A program made the translations under genes and the position numbers. This document shows positions 20,328 to 30,432 of a stretch of 64,000 nucleotides of DNA, one piece after another. Numbering within the stretch: position 1 is the stretch's first letter; each line of letters opens with the position of its first letter. The stretch comes from an uncultured bacterium. Its GTDB lineage: Bacteria > SAR324 > NAC60-12. The notes beneath the pieces are model-generated. The model saw nothing but the letters and a program-made list of their open reading frames with translations. It was not told the DNA's origin and made no database searches. The stretch covers positions 1 through 64,000 of the forward strand of contig CBFIGY010000014.1 of the NCBI GenBank assembly GCA_965662235.1, written 5' to 3'.

Positions 20328-22298
20328 TCAAGCGTCAGGTGCCTTGCGGACGAGCCGGCCAGCGTCCGGTGCCGGCTCCAGCCCAAGCGTCCGCAGGAGT
20401 TCCTGCCCCTGGGGAGCGGTCAGCAGTTCCAGAAACGCCTGGACTGCAGGCTGTTCCAAACGAGCCTCCGGGATCAGAAAATCGTACTCTTCATCCTGCA
20501 AGAAGTAAAACACGAGCCCTGCGTCCTGAGCGACCGACTCAATCGTGATGCCCCAATCCGCGCGGCCCTGTGCCACTGCCGTTGCCACCGCATTGTGAGA
20601 GGACGCCTCCATCCAAAATCCGGAGGGGCGCGCTTCTCCCAGCAGCTGGTCCAGCAGCACCCGGGTACCGCTGCCTCGGTTTCGGTTGATCATCCGAAGT
20701 TCCGGATCAGTTAGCCGTTTCCGCAGCGCCTCCTCTTTCATCCCAGCCAGATCCAGCGTCTGAGGACGGACCACCAGCCCCTGCCGACGCCGGTAGCCCT
20801 TGACCCAGCGCAACCCGGGAGTCACCAAGTGCTCGTTGTAAATCCCGGAAGCGGCATCCATCAGGTGCGTGCCGGCAAGGTCGCACTCACCGCGCCGCGC
20901 CGCGCGGACCCCACCCATGCTGCCCACGGCGAGACTCCGGCTCTGCCACCCCTGTTCCCGCAAGCGGCTCAGGAGCCGATCGACTCCCACGCAGTGGCTT
21001 CCAATGACCATCAGATCGGGCAGGCTCGCGGACTCCCCAAGCAAACGCACCCTTACGGGACGCCCGGCCTCCACCCGCTCCACTTCACGGGGAACCTCCA
21101 CAAAGCCATCCGCACGTGCAAACCCAGAAATCGACCCCGACCCCTTGCCTGTTGGGTAAGCACTGAAACGCGGAACACCGCCAGAGGCATCCGCTTCCGG
21201 AGTTCGGACCAGGTGCACCATCTGGAAATCCGTCCGGCCCTTATCGGTCTGCAGGGGAAACGGGAGGATCGCTTCCACGTCACGATGCTGCTGTGGAGGA
21301 AGCCCAGCCAACGCCCGGAGCACCGGCGCCACAAAGCGGGTAAACGTAAAGATGGCCGAGGTGGGAAATCCGGGAAGAATGGCCGCTGGCGTTCCTTCCA
21401 AAACAGCAAGGCAGAGGGGCTTCCCCGGTTTCAGCGAAACCCCATGCACCAGCACCCCGGGGTGGCCAAACCGCTGGAAGACACGGTGGTTCAGGTCACC
21501 TTCTCCCTTTGAGGTGCCTGCCGACAGCAACAGCAGGTCCACAGACTTCAGAGCTTCCCGGACCGTGCCCTCAATGAGGCGCTCCTCATCCGGAAGCACC
21601 CCCAGCAGGTGTGGCACGCCGCCCTGCTCCTCAACGGCATGCGCCAGGAGGGTGCTGTTGCAGTCATGAACCTTGCCCGGAGCGATCGGAGCACCAAGGG
21701 GCAGCAACTCGTCTCCGGTGGAAAGGATGCCCACACGGGGCTTGCGCCACACCCACACTTCGGCCAGGCCCAGCGCAGCCAGCGTCCCAGCTTCACGGTG
21801 CCCCAACAAGGTGCCTCGGGGGAGCACCAGCTCTCCAGCGCCTAAATCCGAACCAGCCGCCGCAATCCCGGCCCCGGGCGCAATTGGTCGTGTGACAGCA
21901 ATGCCTTCCGGAACCGGCTGCGTGTGTTCAAGCATCACCACCCCATCGGCGCCTCGCGGAAGCATTCCTCCCGTGGAAATGGCCGTCGCAGTCCCTGAAG
22001 TCACGGCGGCTTGCGGCACCACGCCACAGGTCAGTGATTCCGTATTGAGCCTCAGGATCACGGGTGCTGACTCTTCTGCGCCAAAGGTGTCCACGGCACA
22101 GACCGCAAACCCGTCGAAGTTGGAGCGGTCAAAGAACGGAACGTTGTGAGGAGCCAACACATCCCGGGACAGCACACGCCGCGCCGAATCGAGCAAGGAA
22201 ATCCGCTCCTCTCCGAGCGGCTGAGGCTGAACCGCCTCCTCAAACACCCGCGTCGCCTCTTCTGCAGAGACCAATGACAGGAACTGCTCTTGCTGCAT
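20328..22298 (-). CDS. moeA: MoeA fused to a C-terminal periplasmic-binding (PBP-like) domain
   Basis: PFFDRSNFDGFAV, STGDEL, KPGKP, LPGFPTS; C-terminal IGSHC, GSMGG, INRNRGSGTR. Confidence 0.88.
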   Translation of the reverse strand: MQQEQFLSLVSAEEATRVFEEAVQPQPLGEERISLLDSARRVLSRDVLAPHNVPFFDRSNFDGFAVCAVDTFGAEESAPVILRLNTESLTCGVVPQAAVTSGTATAISTGGMLPRGADGVVMLEHTQPVPEGIAVTRPIAPGAGIAAAGSDLGAGELVLPRGTLLGHREAGTLAALGLAEVWVWRKPRVGILSTGDELLPLGAPIAPGKVHDCNSTLLAHAVEEQGGVPHLLGVLPDEERLIEGTVREALKSVDLLLLSAGTSKGEGDLNHRVFQRFGHPGVLVHGVSLKPGKPLCLAVLEGTPAAILPGFPTSAIFTFTRFVAPVLRALAGLPPQQHRDVEAILPFPLQTDKGRTDFQMVHLVRTPEADASGGVPRFSAYPTGKGSGSISGFARADGFVEVPREVERVEAGRPVRVRLLGESASLPDLMVIGSHCVGVDRLLSRLREQGWQSRSLAVGSMGGVRAARRGECDLAGTHLMDAASGIYNEHLVTPGLRWVKGYRRRQGLVVRPQTLDLAGMKEEALRKRLTDPELRMINRNRGSGTRVLLDQLLGEARPSGFWMEASSHNAVATAVAQGRADWGITIESVAQDAGLVFYFLQDEEYDFLIPEARLEQPAVQAFLELLTAPQGQELLRTLGLEPAPDAGRLVRKAPDA

Positions 22299-23524
22299 CA
22301 GTACCTCCAGACCACAATGGTTTCGCCAGACGCCAGACCTTCCGAATGCTCCTCTGTCAGAAAGAACGCGTCCGCCCGTGTTGTCGATGACAGGATCGAC
22401 GCGCCTGCCGAGGCCAAAACAGAGGCTTCGTCGCCCTCCACCCGCAGGCGAACGTATTCCACCCGCCCAATTTGAGAAGAGAGCTTGGTTTTCAACCGGA
22501 CGGTCTGAGGACGGTAAGGCCACTCTGGAGCCCGCCCGCCCAGCAGGCGCAGGGCCCGGGCGACCAAGCAGTCATAGGCACAGAGTGCTGAAACCGGATT
22601 GCCCGGAAGCAAGAAGACCCGCTTGGTCCCGATCACGCCAAATCCGGTGGGGGCTGCCGGCTTCATTGGAATGCCGTGCACCAGCAGGCGTCCCAGTTCG
22701 GCCACCAGAGACGGCGCCTGATCTTCTAGGCCAACGGAGGTTCCTCCCGTGACGATCACCACGTCCGTGTCAGCGGTTTCCAGTGCCGCCCGGAGCGCCT
22801 CCGGGTCATCGGGAAGCCGCTGAACGTTTTGCAGCTGTCCCCCGTCTCGCGCCACCAGTGGCTGCAGCATCACCGAGTTGCTGTCCACGATCTGGGCCCC
22901 TTTGGGAACCGTCCCGGGCGCCAGCAGCTCCGAACCTGTCAGCAGCAGCGTGACCGTTGGACACCGCCGCACCGAAACCCACGTTTCTCCCACAGACGCC
23001 AGAAGCCCAAGGTCCTGGGGACGCAGCTGGCGCCCTTCCGGAAGCAACTCGTCTCCGGCCTTGAGGTCTTCTCCGACGCGACTGACGTGCCGCCAGGGTG
23101 GCAGAGCTTCAAGCACCCGAACCTCATCCTGCTCCCGTTCCGTGGATTCTGCAGGAACCACAGCGTCCGCCCCTTCCGGAAGCGGAGCCCCGGTCATGAT
23201 CTCCACCGCCTCCCCTGGCCTCACTCTTCCGGAGAAGGGGCGTCCCGGAAGCGACTGCCCGATCACGTGCAGTGGTAGTGGCTGATAGAGCCCGGCACCA
23301 AAGGTGTCTTCCCCCTGAACCGCGTATCCATCCATGGCGGCACGGTGAAAGTGTGGCACATTCACCGGTGCGGTGAGTGCTTCCGTGAGCACGCGTCCGA
23401 CCGCCTGCTCCACCGAAACACGCTCGGCGTCAAGAGGAGAACAGTGCTGCTCTAGGAGGGTGAGGCATTCAGAGAGGGAGGTCCGTCGCAAGAAGCCACG
23501 CATCCGGATGTCATCAGACGGCAT
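22298..23524 (-). CDS. moeA: Molybdopterin molybdotransferase MoeA
   Basis: RAAMDGYAV, IMTGAPLPEGADAV, TGGTSVG, LPGNPVS. Confidence 0.9.
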   Translation of the reverse strand: MPSDDIRMRGFLRRTSLSECLTLLEQHCSPLDAERVSVEQAVGRVLTEALTAPVNVPHFHRAAMDGYAVQGEDTFGAGLYQPLPLHVIGQSLPGRPFSGRVRPGEAVEIMTGAPLPEGADAVVPAESTEREQDEVRVLEALPPWRHVSRVGEDLKAGDELLPEGRQLRPQDLGLLASVGETWVSVRRCPTVTLLLTGSELLAPGTVPKGAQIVDSNSVMLQPLVARDGGQLQNVQRLPDDPEALRAALETADTDVVIVTGGTSVGLEDQAPSLVAELGRLLVHGIPMKPAAPTGFGVIGTKRVFLLPGNPVSALCAYDCLVARALRLLGGRAPEWPYRPQTVRLKTKLSSQIGRVEYVRLRVEGDEASVLASAGASILSSTTRADAFFLTEEHSEGLASGETIVVWRY

Positions 23525-23584
23525 CAGGCGACCTCTTGCCAAGACGTCCGAGCGGGTCCGGACGCCTGAAACAAACGGGGGGCG

Positions 23585-24232
23585 TTAGCGGGTGGGGAGA
23601 GCGTTGCGGATCTGCGCATACACGTCATCAGGGGACTGCATGCCGTCGATTGAAACCAGCACGCCCTTCTTGGTGTAGTAGTCAACCAGAGGAGAGGTTT
23701 GCTCATGGTACGTATTGAGGCGGTTCCGGACCGTGTTTTCGTTGTCGTCATCGCGCTGAATCAGGTCTTCACCCGTCACATCATCCTTGCCTGCGACCTG
23801 CGGTGGATTGAATTCCACGTGGTAGGTGCGGCCGCTGGGCTGATGGATGCGACGCCCGGAGATCCGCTTCACCACCGCGTCATCGTTCACCCGCAGTTCC
23901 AGAACCCGCTCAATGCCCACGCCTAGGTCGGAAAGCATGCCGTCCAGCATTTCCGCCTGCACCAGCGTCCGAGGGAAGCCATCGAGCATGAAGCCGTTGG
24001 CACAGTCCTCCTGCTGAATGCGCTCCTTGACGATCCCGGCGACAATCTCATCAGAGACGAGCTTCCCGGCATCCATCACCGCCTTCGCCTGCTTACCAAT
24101 CTCCGAACCCGACTTGACGGCTGCGCGGAGCATGTCCCCCGTTGACAGCTGCACCAGACCGTAATCTCGAATCAAATTGTTGGCTTGTGTGCCTTTACCA
24201 GCCCCCGGAGGACCGAGCAGTATAATTCTCAT
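23585..24232 (-). CDS. adk: Adenylate kinase
   Basis: [24 protein letters not shown], long LID domain. Confidence 0.97.
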   Translation of the reverse strand: MRIILLGPPGAGKGTQANNLIRDYGLVQLSTGDMLRAAVKSGSEIGKQAKAVMDAGKLVSDEIVAGIVKERIQQEDCANGFMLDGFPRTLVQAEMLDGMLSDLGVGIERVLELRVNDDAVVKRISGRRIHQPSGRTYHVEFNPPQVAGKDDVTGEDLIQRDDDNENTVRNRLNTYHEQTSPLVDYYTKKGVLVSIDGMQSPDDVYAQIRNALPTR

Positions 24233-24281
24233 AATGGGCTCCTATTCTCAGAAATAAGGGTTTTGCCGCCGAAACGATCGC

Positions 24282-24310
24282 ATTCTATTCCGTTCCCTGG
24301 GAAAGCTCAA
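24282..24310 (-). promoter_or_regulatory. Putative sigma70 promoter of adk
   Basis: Minus strand TTGAGC-N17-TAGAAT about 50 nt upstream of the adk ATG. Confidence 0.55.
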
Positions 24311-24351
24311 AGAGTTTTCCTGAGAAATTCCAAGTGGATGAGTGAAGGAGT

Positions 24352-25701
24352 TCAGGCGGACAGGGTTCCGGAAACACCGGACTTCTCCACGGCGTCCAGG
24401 TAAACCGGAACCAGCTGGTTGGGCGCCAGCGACACCCCAGCGGCCGGACGGAGGTTCACCCGCAGGTAATTGTCAGTAAACCCACTCAAACGACCGTCGG
24501 GACGAGGTGATTCCAGCAGCACCTCCCGGACGGTGCCCAAGAAGCGCTCCTGAAAGAGGCGACGCTTGCGACGGCTCAGGTCCCGGAGGATCTCACTGCG
24601 GGCCTGCTTCTGCTCAGGCGTCACCTGATCGGCACGACGGAACGCCGGGGTGCCCGCCCGCTCTGAAAAGGGGAAGACGTGGAAGTAGTCGATCGGGAGC
24701 ATGGTCAGCAGGTCTCGAGTCTCCTCAAACTCAGCGTCTGACTCTCCGGGAAACCCGACCATGACGTCGGTGCCAATGCAGAGATCCGGAACGGCTTCAG
24801 CAGCGCGGGCCACTTCTTCCGCATACGCCGAAGCCGTGTAGCGACGCTTCATCTCGGTCAGCACCTTGGTGGAACCCGACTGGAGGGGCAGGTGTAAGAA
24901 GGGAACCAGCTTGTGCTGAGGGTCGGCCATGTACGCCAGCAGCGGATCCGGAACCGTCGTGGGTTCAATGGAGCTGATGCGGATGCGGGCGAGGTCCGGG
25001 AGCTCCTGCAAAAAGTCGATGACCTCAAGAAGCGTCTTTCCGGACTCGTCGTAGGTTCCCACGTTCACGCCTGTCAGGATCAGCTCTCGGACCTGCTCCT
25101 GTTCCACCAGCAGGCGAGCCTCTTCCTGCAGGTTGGCAAAGTCTCGGGAACGGGACCGTCCACGGGCAAAGGGAATGATGCAGAAGCTGCACATGAAGTC
25201 ACAGCCGTCCTGCACCTTCAGCGAAGCACGGGTCCGGAACACGCCTGCTGGCTGCTGCCGAAGCGGTGCCTCTGGAGCCACCTCGGGAAGCAGAGGCACC
25301 ACGGGAGCAGCAAACGCCTTCCGGGAGATCTTCTCCTTGACCACCAACGGCGTCTCCTGAGCCAGCGCCTCTGGCAGAAACTCCCCCAGCCTCAGCTTCT
25401 CCGCGTTGCCGATGACCAGCTGGACGCCTTCAATCGCAGCAACCTCGTCTGGCGCCATCTGCGCGTAGCACCCCACCACCGCAACCGCGGCGTCCGGGTT
25501 CTTGCGCTTCAGCGCCCGGATGGCCTGCCGGTTCTTGGCATCACTGTGCTCGGTGACAGTGCAGGTGTTGACCACACACAGGTCTGCGGGCTCTTCCTCA
25601 GAGACCACCTGCCAGCCTTGCTGAACCAGGCTCCGGGCCAGGACTTCCGTTTCCGATTGATTGAGCCGGCACCCAAGGGTTTGAAAAGAGACGCGCTTCA
25701 C
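24352..25701 (-). CDS. mtaB: tRNA t6A methylthiotransferase
   Basis: TLGCRLNQSET, VNTCTVT, KVQDGCDFMCSFC, RISSIEP. Confidence 0.93.
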   Translation of the reverse strand: MKRVSFQTLGCRLNQSETEVLARSLVQQGWQVVSEEEPADLCVVNTCTVTEHSDAKNRQAIRALKRKNPDAAVAVVGCYAQMAPDEVAAIEGVQLVIGNAEKLRLGEFLPEALAQETPLVVKEKISRKAFAAPVVPLLPEVAPEAPLRQQPAGVFRTRASLKVQDGCDFMCSFCIIPFARGRSRSRDFANLQEEARLLVEQEQVRELILTGVNVGTYDESGKTLLEVIDFLQELPDLARIRISSIEPTTVPDPLLAYMADPQHKLVPFLHLPLQSGSTKVLTEMKRRYTASAYAEEVARAAEAVPDLCIGTDVMVGFPGESDAEFEETRDLLTMLPIDYFHVFPFSERAGTPAFRRADQVTPEQKQARSEILRDLSRRKRRLFQERFLGTVREVLLESPRPDGRLSGFTDNYLRVNLRPAAGVSLAPNQLVPVYLDAVEKSGVSGTLSA

Positions 25702-25770
25702 GGCGATGCTTCAAAAGGAGGGATTCCCCCGGATGGAACCGAGGGGCATTGAATTCCGTCCAGCGACGGT

Positions 25771-26934
25771 TCAGGGGTTGGGATTAAGGAACACCATCCG
25801 GTTTCCAGAAACCGACTGGACGGCAACCTCAATTTCCTGCTCCAGGAGGTCACGGCGGATCTGCCGGCGGAGGCGGCTCTTCTCTTCCGTGGAGAACAGC
25901 TCCAGCTCCAGGTACTTGTTGGTGTTCTGGAGTTCCTTGAGTTGCTTGAATCCAGGGGTGCCTTCCAGGTAATCAATGATCTGGTCTTCCTGCTCAAAGC
26001 TGAAGTCCCGGAAGATCAGCTGGTAAGCGAAGCCCTGGTCATCCACCCGCTGGTAGTAGTCGGCAATCTGGCCAATGGCCTGACGAGCGACTTCCTGTCC
26101 GGCGCGTTCTCCGGCCTTGCCCAGCATCCGGAGCCAGTCGTAGGGACCCGGAGGGTTGGCGGCCAGCTCCTTGCCTTCCACTGCAGCATCAGCGATCTGC
26201 CGTCCTGTCGAAGTGTCAAAGGCTTCCAGCCGGACAAGAGCGCGGGTGACCCAGAAGAGCCCGCCCTTTTCATCCTTCTTGCCCCCAATGACTTCTACGC
26301 GCAGCACAATCTCTGCCTGCTGATCTAGGGCGGCAGCAATCAGCAACTCCGTGGAACGGTTCACGCCGGCAGCTTGCTCAATGGCTCGGCTGACCTGCTG
26401 GGTCTGCTGCTCATTGAAGATGCGGAAGCCCGCTTGGTTCATCTGATTCCGGATTTCCCCCAGCGTCTGAGAGACGGCGCTGTTGTCCGCTGGAAGGGCA
26501 TGCGGGTCTCGGCCCTGATACAGCACCATCAGGCGCTTGCTGCCCATCTTCTGATGAAGGATGCGCAGCGCCGTCAGCTTGTCTTCGATCTTCCCTTCTG
26601 AAACCTGGGCGCGGATGCGGACCTCAAATGAGGTGCCATCTCCGCTGACGCCTTCCTGGAGGATCTCGTACTCGGTGACGTACCCTTGGCTGCTGCTGTA
26701 GATCTCGTCGCGGATAACCTCGTAGTTCACCGCCAGGGTATTGGAGTCGATGAGGGTGCCCACGCCTTGTTCCACAGCCTGCCGCAGCGCGTTCTTGAGG
26801 GCCTGGGTCCGGGCGCTGGAGGTGTTGTTTCCGTAAATGGTGGCGGCGCCGGAGGCTTCCACCTCTGCGGCTTGGAGAACAGGATGGACCCCTGCGAGCA
26901 CGAGGCAGCAGAGGCTCAGAAGAAAAACTTTCAT
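25771..26934 (-). CDS. Exported protein with FlgT N-terminal-like domain
   Basis: Signal peptide; ARTQALKNALRQAVEQGVG...S.GYV..YEIL pattern typical of FlgT_N/LPP20-like domains. Confidence 0.6.
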   Translation of the reverse strand: MKVFLLSLCCLVLAGVHPVLQAAEVEASGAATIYGNNTSSARTQALKNALRQAVEQGVGTLIDSNTLAVNYEVIRDEIYSSSQGYVTEYEILQEGVSGDGTSFEVRIRAQVSEGKIEDKLTALRILHQKMGSKRLMVLYQGRDPHALPADNSAVSQTLGEIRNQMNQAGFRIFNEQQTQQVSRAIEQAAGVNRSTELLIAAALDQQAEIVLRVEVIGGKKDEKGGLFWVTRALVRLEAFDTSTGRQIADAAVEGKELAANPPGPYDWLRMLGKAGERAGQEVARQAIGQIADYYQRVDDQGFAYQLIFRDFSFEQEDQIIDYLEGTPGFKQLKELQNTNKYLELELFSTEEKSRLRRQIRRDLLEQEIEVAVQSVSGNRMVFLNPNP

Positions 26935-26943
26935 GAGAAGGCT

Positions 26944-28380
26944 TTAGTCCAGTTGCAAAGGTGGCATGTCTGCCGGTTGTAAATCCACTCGCTCCGTCGC
27001 TTCATCGAGCAGGGGCAGTTCCACAGGCTCAAGCACCTGCTCCTCTTCCGCCTGCTGAACCTGTTCGGCTTCTTCCAGCCGGATCTTGCGGTCTTCCAGC
27101 CGAACCGCCTGGACCATGGCTTTTTCCGGAGGAGGCGCTTTGCCAGCGGCTTCAATGGTCCGCTCCATCATGGTGTCCAGCGGATTGTAATCTCCCATGG
27201 CGTGCTGCATATCCGTCCAAGCCTGGGCGTACTTTTCATTGGGTCGGTAGGCATTCGCTTGCGCAAAGTGGTACGCCGCCAGTTCCGGCTCGCCTCGCAT
27301 CTCATAAACCACGCCCAGGTCGTAGTGCGCTGCAGCTAGATTGAGCGGTTCCCAGGAGCTGGAGACGCGGGTGTGCGCTTTCACAATGCCCCCGTAGAGC
27401 ATGAAGTCCCTGCGGGAAAGCTGCCGGAGGAGCGCCGTATCAATCTGCTCCTGTGAGAAGGTCTGCTTGTGCAACCGCAGGAGGTTCTTGAGGACCTCCC
27501 GTGGGAGCTTGGCGGCCTTCATCTGCACAAAAGCTTCATCGCTGAAACGGAACAGCGTGTCCGCCTCATAGGCTTGTGGTTCAAAGAGGAAGTAATTCCA
27601 GCGCTTGATCGCCTGATTGTAGTCACCGTTCGCCGCATACTCGACCCCTTCTGCAATCTGCGGATGCTCTCCATCAACCAGCCCTAGGCTCCAGGGCCGC
27701 TGATGCCGTCCGGTTTCCAGTTCAACAATGCGGTTCCGGGCCACGGGTCGGAGGCGTTGCAGAACACGCTTGAACGCCAGCTTGCCCAGCCGTGTCATTT
27801 CGTCTTCAGCAGCCGGGATGAGGAGGATGTTTTCTGCACCGGTGTAGCTCTGTTGGAAGCTCACCTTTTCCAACTGAACATCCAAAACAGACCCATCGGT
27901 TCCCCGAAGCGTCAGTTCCAGTTCTAGGTCGAGGGTCCGGTGGATGATCCGTTCCTGCCGAGGCATTTCAATGAACTCAAAGGCCTGCTTGGTCACCGCG
28001 TCCCCAGAGCTCTGCTGCTGCTTCACCCGGCTTTCAGCAAGCGCCAGCCGGGTCTCATCACGCATTTCCTCTTCATCACGGATGGAGTGCAACCGCACGT
28101 CTCCCTCAAGGACGGCCACACCGGAGGTGCCGGCTTCCGGAAAGTCTGGGACCGGTTCAAAGTACGGATCCTCCCGGATTTCCTGCTTGAGGACTTCGCG
28201 GAACAGAGCTGCGTTTTGCCCGGTGAAGCGGTCCACATGGAGGCCACTGATGCCCACCAGAGCCGAAGACTCCGGAGGGGCGCTGTAGTAGATTCGGGTC
28301 GGCGAACAGCCGCCGAGCACCCAAAGTGCGACCAGTACCAGCAGCCCTGAGAGGCGGCGCTCAATCGGTGGTAATGTCAT
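26944..28380 (-). CDS. Putative lipoprotein with TPR-like motifs
   Basis: Lipobox LGGC after a hydrophobic stretch; AAHYDLGVVYEMRGE..LA..HF..A TPR-like repeat. Confidence 0.65.
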   Translation of the reverse strand: MTLPPIERRLSGLLVLVALWVLGGCSPTRIYYSAPPESSALVGISGLHVDRFTGQNAALFREVLKQEIREDPYFEPVPDFPEAGTSGVAVLEGDVRLHSIRDEEEMRDETRLALAESRVKQQQSSGDAVTKQAFEFIEMPRQERIIHRTLDLELELTLRGTDGSVLDVQLEKVSFQQSYTGAENILLIPAAEDEMTRLGKLAFKRVLQRLRPVARNRIVELETGRHQRPWSLGLVDGEHPQIAEGVEYAANGDYNQAIKRWNYFLFEPQAYEADTLFRFSDEAFVQMKAAKLPREVLKNLLRLHKQTFSQEQIDTALLRQLSRRDFMLYGGIVKAHTRVSSSWEPLNLAAAHYDLGVVYEMRGEPELAAYHFAQANAYRPNEKYAQAWTDMQHAMGDYNPLDTMMERTIEAAGKAPPPEKAMVQAVRLEDRKIRLEEAEQVQQAEEEQVLEPVELPLLDEATERVDLQPADMPPLQLD

Positions 28381-28747
28381 TAATCGTATTTTGAAGCGTT
28401 TTGTTCTGGTCAATGGTCCAGGTATCGAGTGCCGCATCGTCATCGAGGTTGGCCGTCGCCTGAGCCGTAAAGGTTGTTCCGGTTGCTGTGGGCAACGTGT
28501 AGGTGTAGGTCGCGCCGCTGTCGATCTCCAGATCCAGGTCTGACAGAGAGGAGGCATACGTCTGATTCATCGCATGATAAATCTTCTGGGCCGTATGCAG
28601 GGCACTGAGGGTTGCCTGAGCTTCCGATTGCCGAGTGCGTAGCAGGTAGCCTTCCAGACGAGGATAGGCGAGGGTCGCCAGGATTCCGATGATGACCACA
28701 ACGATCATGACTTCCATCAAACTGAATCCTCGACGCACTGCCGGCAT
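28361..28747 (-). CDS. Type IV pilin (deltaproteobacterial PilA/PilE-like)
   Basis: RRG|FSLMEVMIVVVIIGILA class III signal with E5; QSEA..L..L..AQ and ANLDDD..LDTW motifs; no Cys. Confidence 0.9.
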   Translation of the reverse strand: MPAVRRGFSLMEVMIVVVIIGILATLAYPRLEGYLLRTRQSEAQATLSALHTAQKIYHAMNQTYASSLSDLDLEIDSGATYTYTLPTATGTTFTAQATANLDDDAALDTWTIDQNKTLQNTINDITTD

Positions 28748-28813
28748 TGGCGCTCCATGCAATAAGTGTGACGTGCGGCGGGCGGAGGCTTGCGCCTCCG
28801 AAAAGGTAGGGGC

Positions 28814-30268
28814 TTAGAGGCCTCGGACGGACAGGGCAGCCAGCTCCATGAAGGTTTCTGGGAAAATTCCCAGGTAGAGGACCGCAACCGCAGAGCCAAT
28901 GAGACCGGCGATGGCAAATCCGGAGGCCTGACGGACCTCTTGCGTGGAAGCCGTTTGCCCTTCCCGCATGTACATGTAAACGATGACCCGAAGGTAGTAG
29001 TAAACGGACAGGCCGCTGTTGAGGAACCCAATCACTGTCAGCCAGACCCACCCTTCTTCCAAAGCTGCGCTGAAGATCTGCAGCTTGCCCGTGAAGCCAC
29101 CGGTCAGCGGAAGCCCGATCAGTGACAGCATGAACAGCGCCATCAGGAAGGCGAGGAAGGGGCGTTGCTTGGCGTATCCGGCCAAGTCGTCGAAGGTCTC
29201 CGGGGCCTTGCCGTGGTGGGCAATGGTCAGAATGCCGAAGGCGCCGGTTCCCATGATGGCGTAAGCACAGGAGTAGAAGAGGATGCCGCTCAGAGCTGAA
29301 TCCGTCCCCACGGTCACAGCCACCATGACGTAGCCAGCGTGAGCGATGGAGGAGTAGGCGAGCATGCGTTTGACGTCGCTCTGCTGAAGCGCCATCAGGT
29401 TGCCAATCGTCATGGTCAGCACCGCAATCAGCCAGAGCAGGTCGCTCCAGTTTTCTGATCCCATTGGCATGCCCGTTAGCAGAATGCGAACCAGCATGGC
29501 AAAACCTGCCGCCTTGGCAGCAGCCGACATGAAGCCGGTCACCGGAGTCGGAGCACCGGAGTAGACGTCCGGGGTCCACATGTGGAACGGTACCACTGCC
29601 ACCTTGAAGCCGACGGCGATGATGATCATGGACCCGCCCACAATCGCCAGCGGATTGGTGGCCGCGCCTGCTTGGCTGAGAGAGTAGATAATTTCTGGAA
29701 TCAAGGTGCTGCCGGTCGCGCCGTAGAGCAAGGAGAAGCCATAGAGCAAAAAGCCCGTTGAGAAGGCTCCCAAGAGCAGGTACTTCAGTGCTGCTTCTCC
29801 CGACCGCGGAACGCCGCGGCGCATGCCCACCAGGATGTAGCTGGAAATGGACATGATCTCCAACCCGATGAAGATGACCAGCAGGTCCAGGCTGGAGGTC
29901 ATGAACATCATCCCAATGACCGAGCTGATGAGGAGCACGTAGTACTCGCCATAGTTCATGTCGTGGTCTGCTAGGTACTGCCGCGAAAGAAGCACCGTCA
30001 GGATGCCGACGATCAGGTAGATGCTTTCGAAGAGGATTGAGTAGCCATCGGCCACCACGGTTCCGTAAAATCCGGAAGCGTTGGTGCCGTAGAGCTGAAA
30101 CTCGGCGTAGAGGGCGATCAGGAAGCCACCCAGTGTTGCCACCGCCAGGGTATCGGTTCGGTGCTCCTTGGGAGCAAACAGATCGGCCATCATGACCGCC
30201 AGGGCCACCACAGTGAGGATGATCTCCGGAATGATTGGAATAAGGTCTTTGGCGGTGATGAATTCCAT
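28814..30268 (-). CDS. nuoN: NADH-quinone oxidoreductase subunit N
   Basis: FIGLEIMS, EAALKYLLLG, GFKVAVVPFHMWTPDVY.GAP, KRMLAYSSIAHAGY, YYYLRVI. Confidence 0.93.
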   Translation of the reverse strand: MEFITAKDLIPIIPEIILTVVALAVMMADLFAPKEHRTDTLAVATLGGFLIALYAEFQLYGTNASGFYGTVVADGYSILFESIYLIVGILTVLLSRQYLADHDMNYGEYYVLLISSVIGMMFMTSSLDLLVIFIGLEIMSISSYILVGMRRGVPRSGEAALKYLLLGAFSTGFLLYGFSLLYGATGSTLIPEIIYSLSQAGAATNPLAIVGGSMIIIAVGFKVAVVPFHMWTPDVYSGAPTPVTGFMSAAAKAAGFAMLVRILLTGMPMGSENWSDLLWLIAVLTMTIGNLMALQQSDVKRMLAYSSIAHAGYVMVAVTVGTDSALSGILFYSCAYAIMGTGAFGILTIAHHGKAPETFDDLAGYAKQRPFLAFLMALFMLSLIGLPLTGGFTGKLQIFSAALEEGWVWLTVIGFLNSGLSVYYYLRVIVYMYMREGQTASTQEVRQASGFAIAGLIGSAVAVLYLGIFPETFMELAALSVRGL

Positions 30269-30432
30269 TCGGGAACTCCTAGGACATTAACAAAAGGTCG
30301 CGTGGCGCTGGAAGGACCTCACCCGAGGCGTTCCACAAACCGCTTAACACTGAAGATATAGATTTCGGTGTCAAAGCGCTAAAAAGTCAAAGTGCATAAC
30401 CTGTCACAGCAACTTTGAGCAATCAAGCCATT

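Noticed and set aside
28361..28747. Electrically conductive (e-pilin) type
   Set aside because: Position 24 is Leu, and aromatic content is about 9% even counting His (11 of 121), short of the usual criteria.
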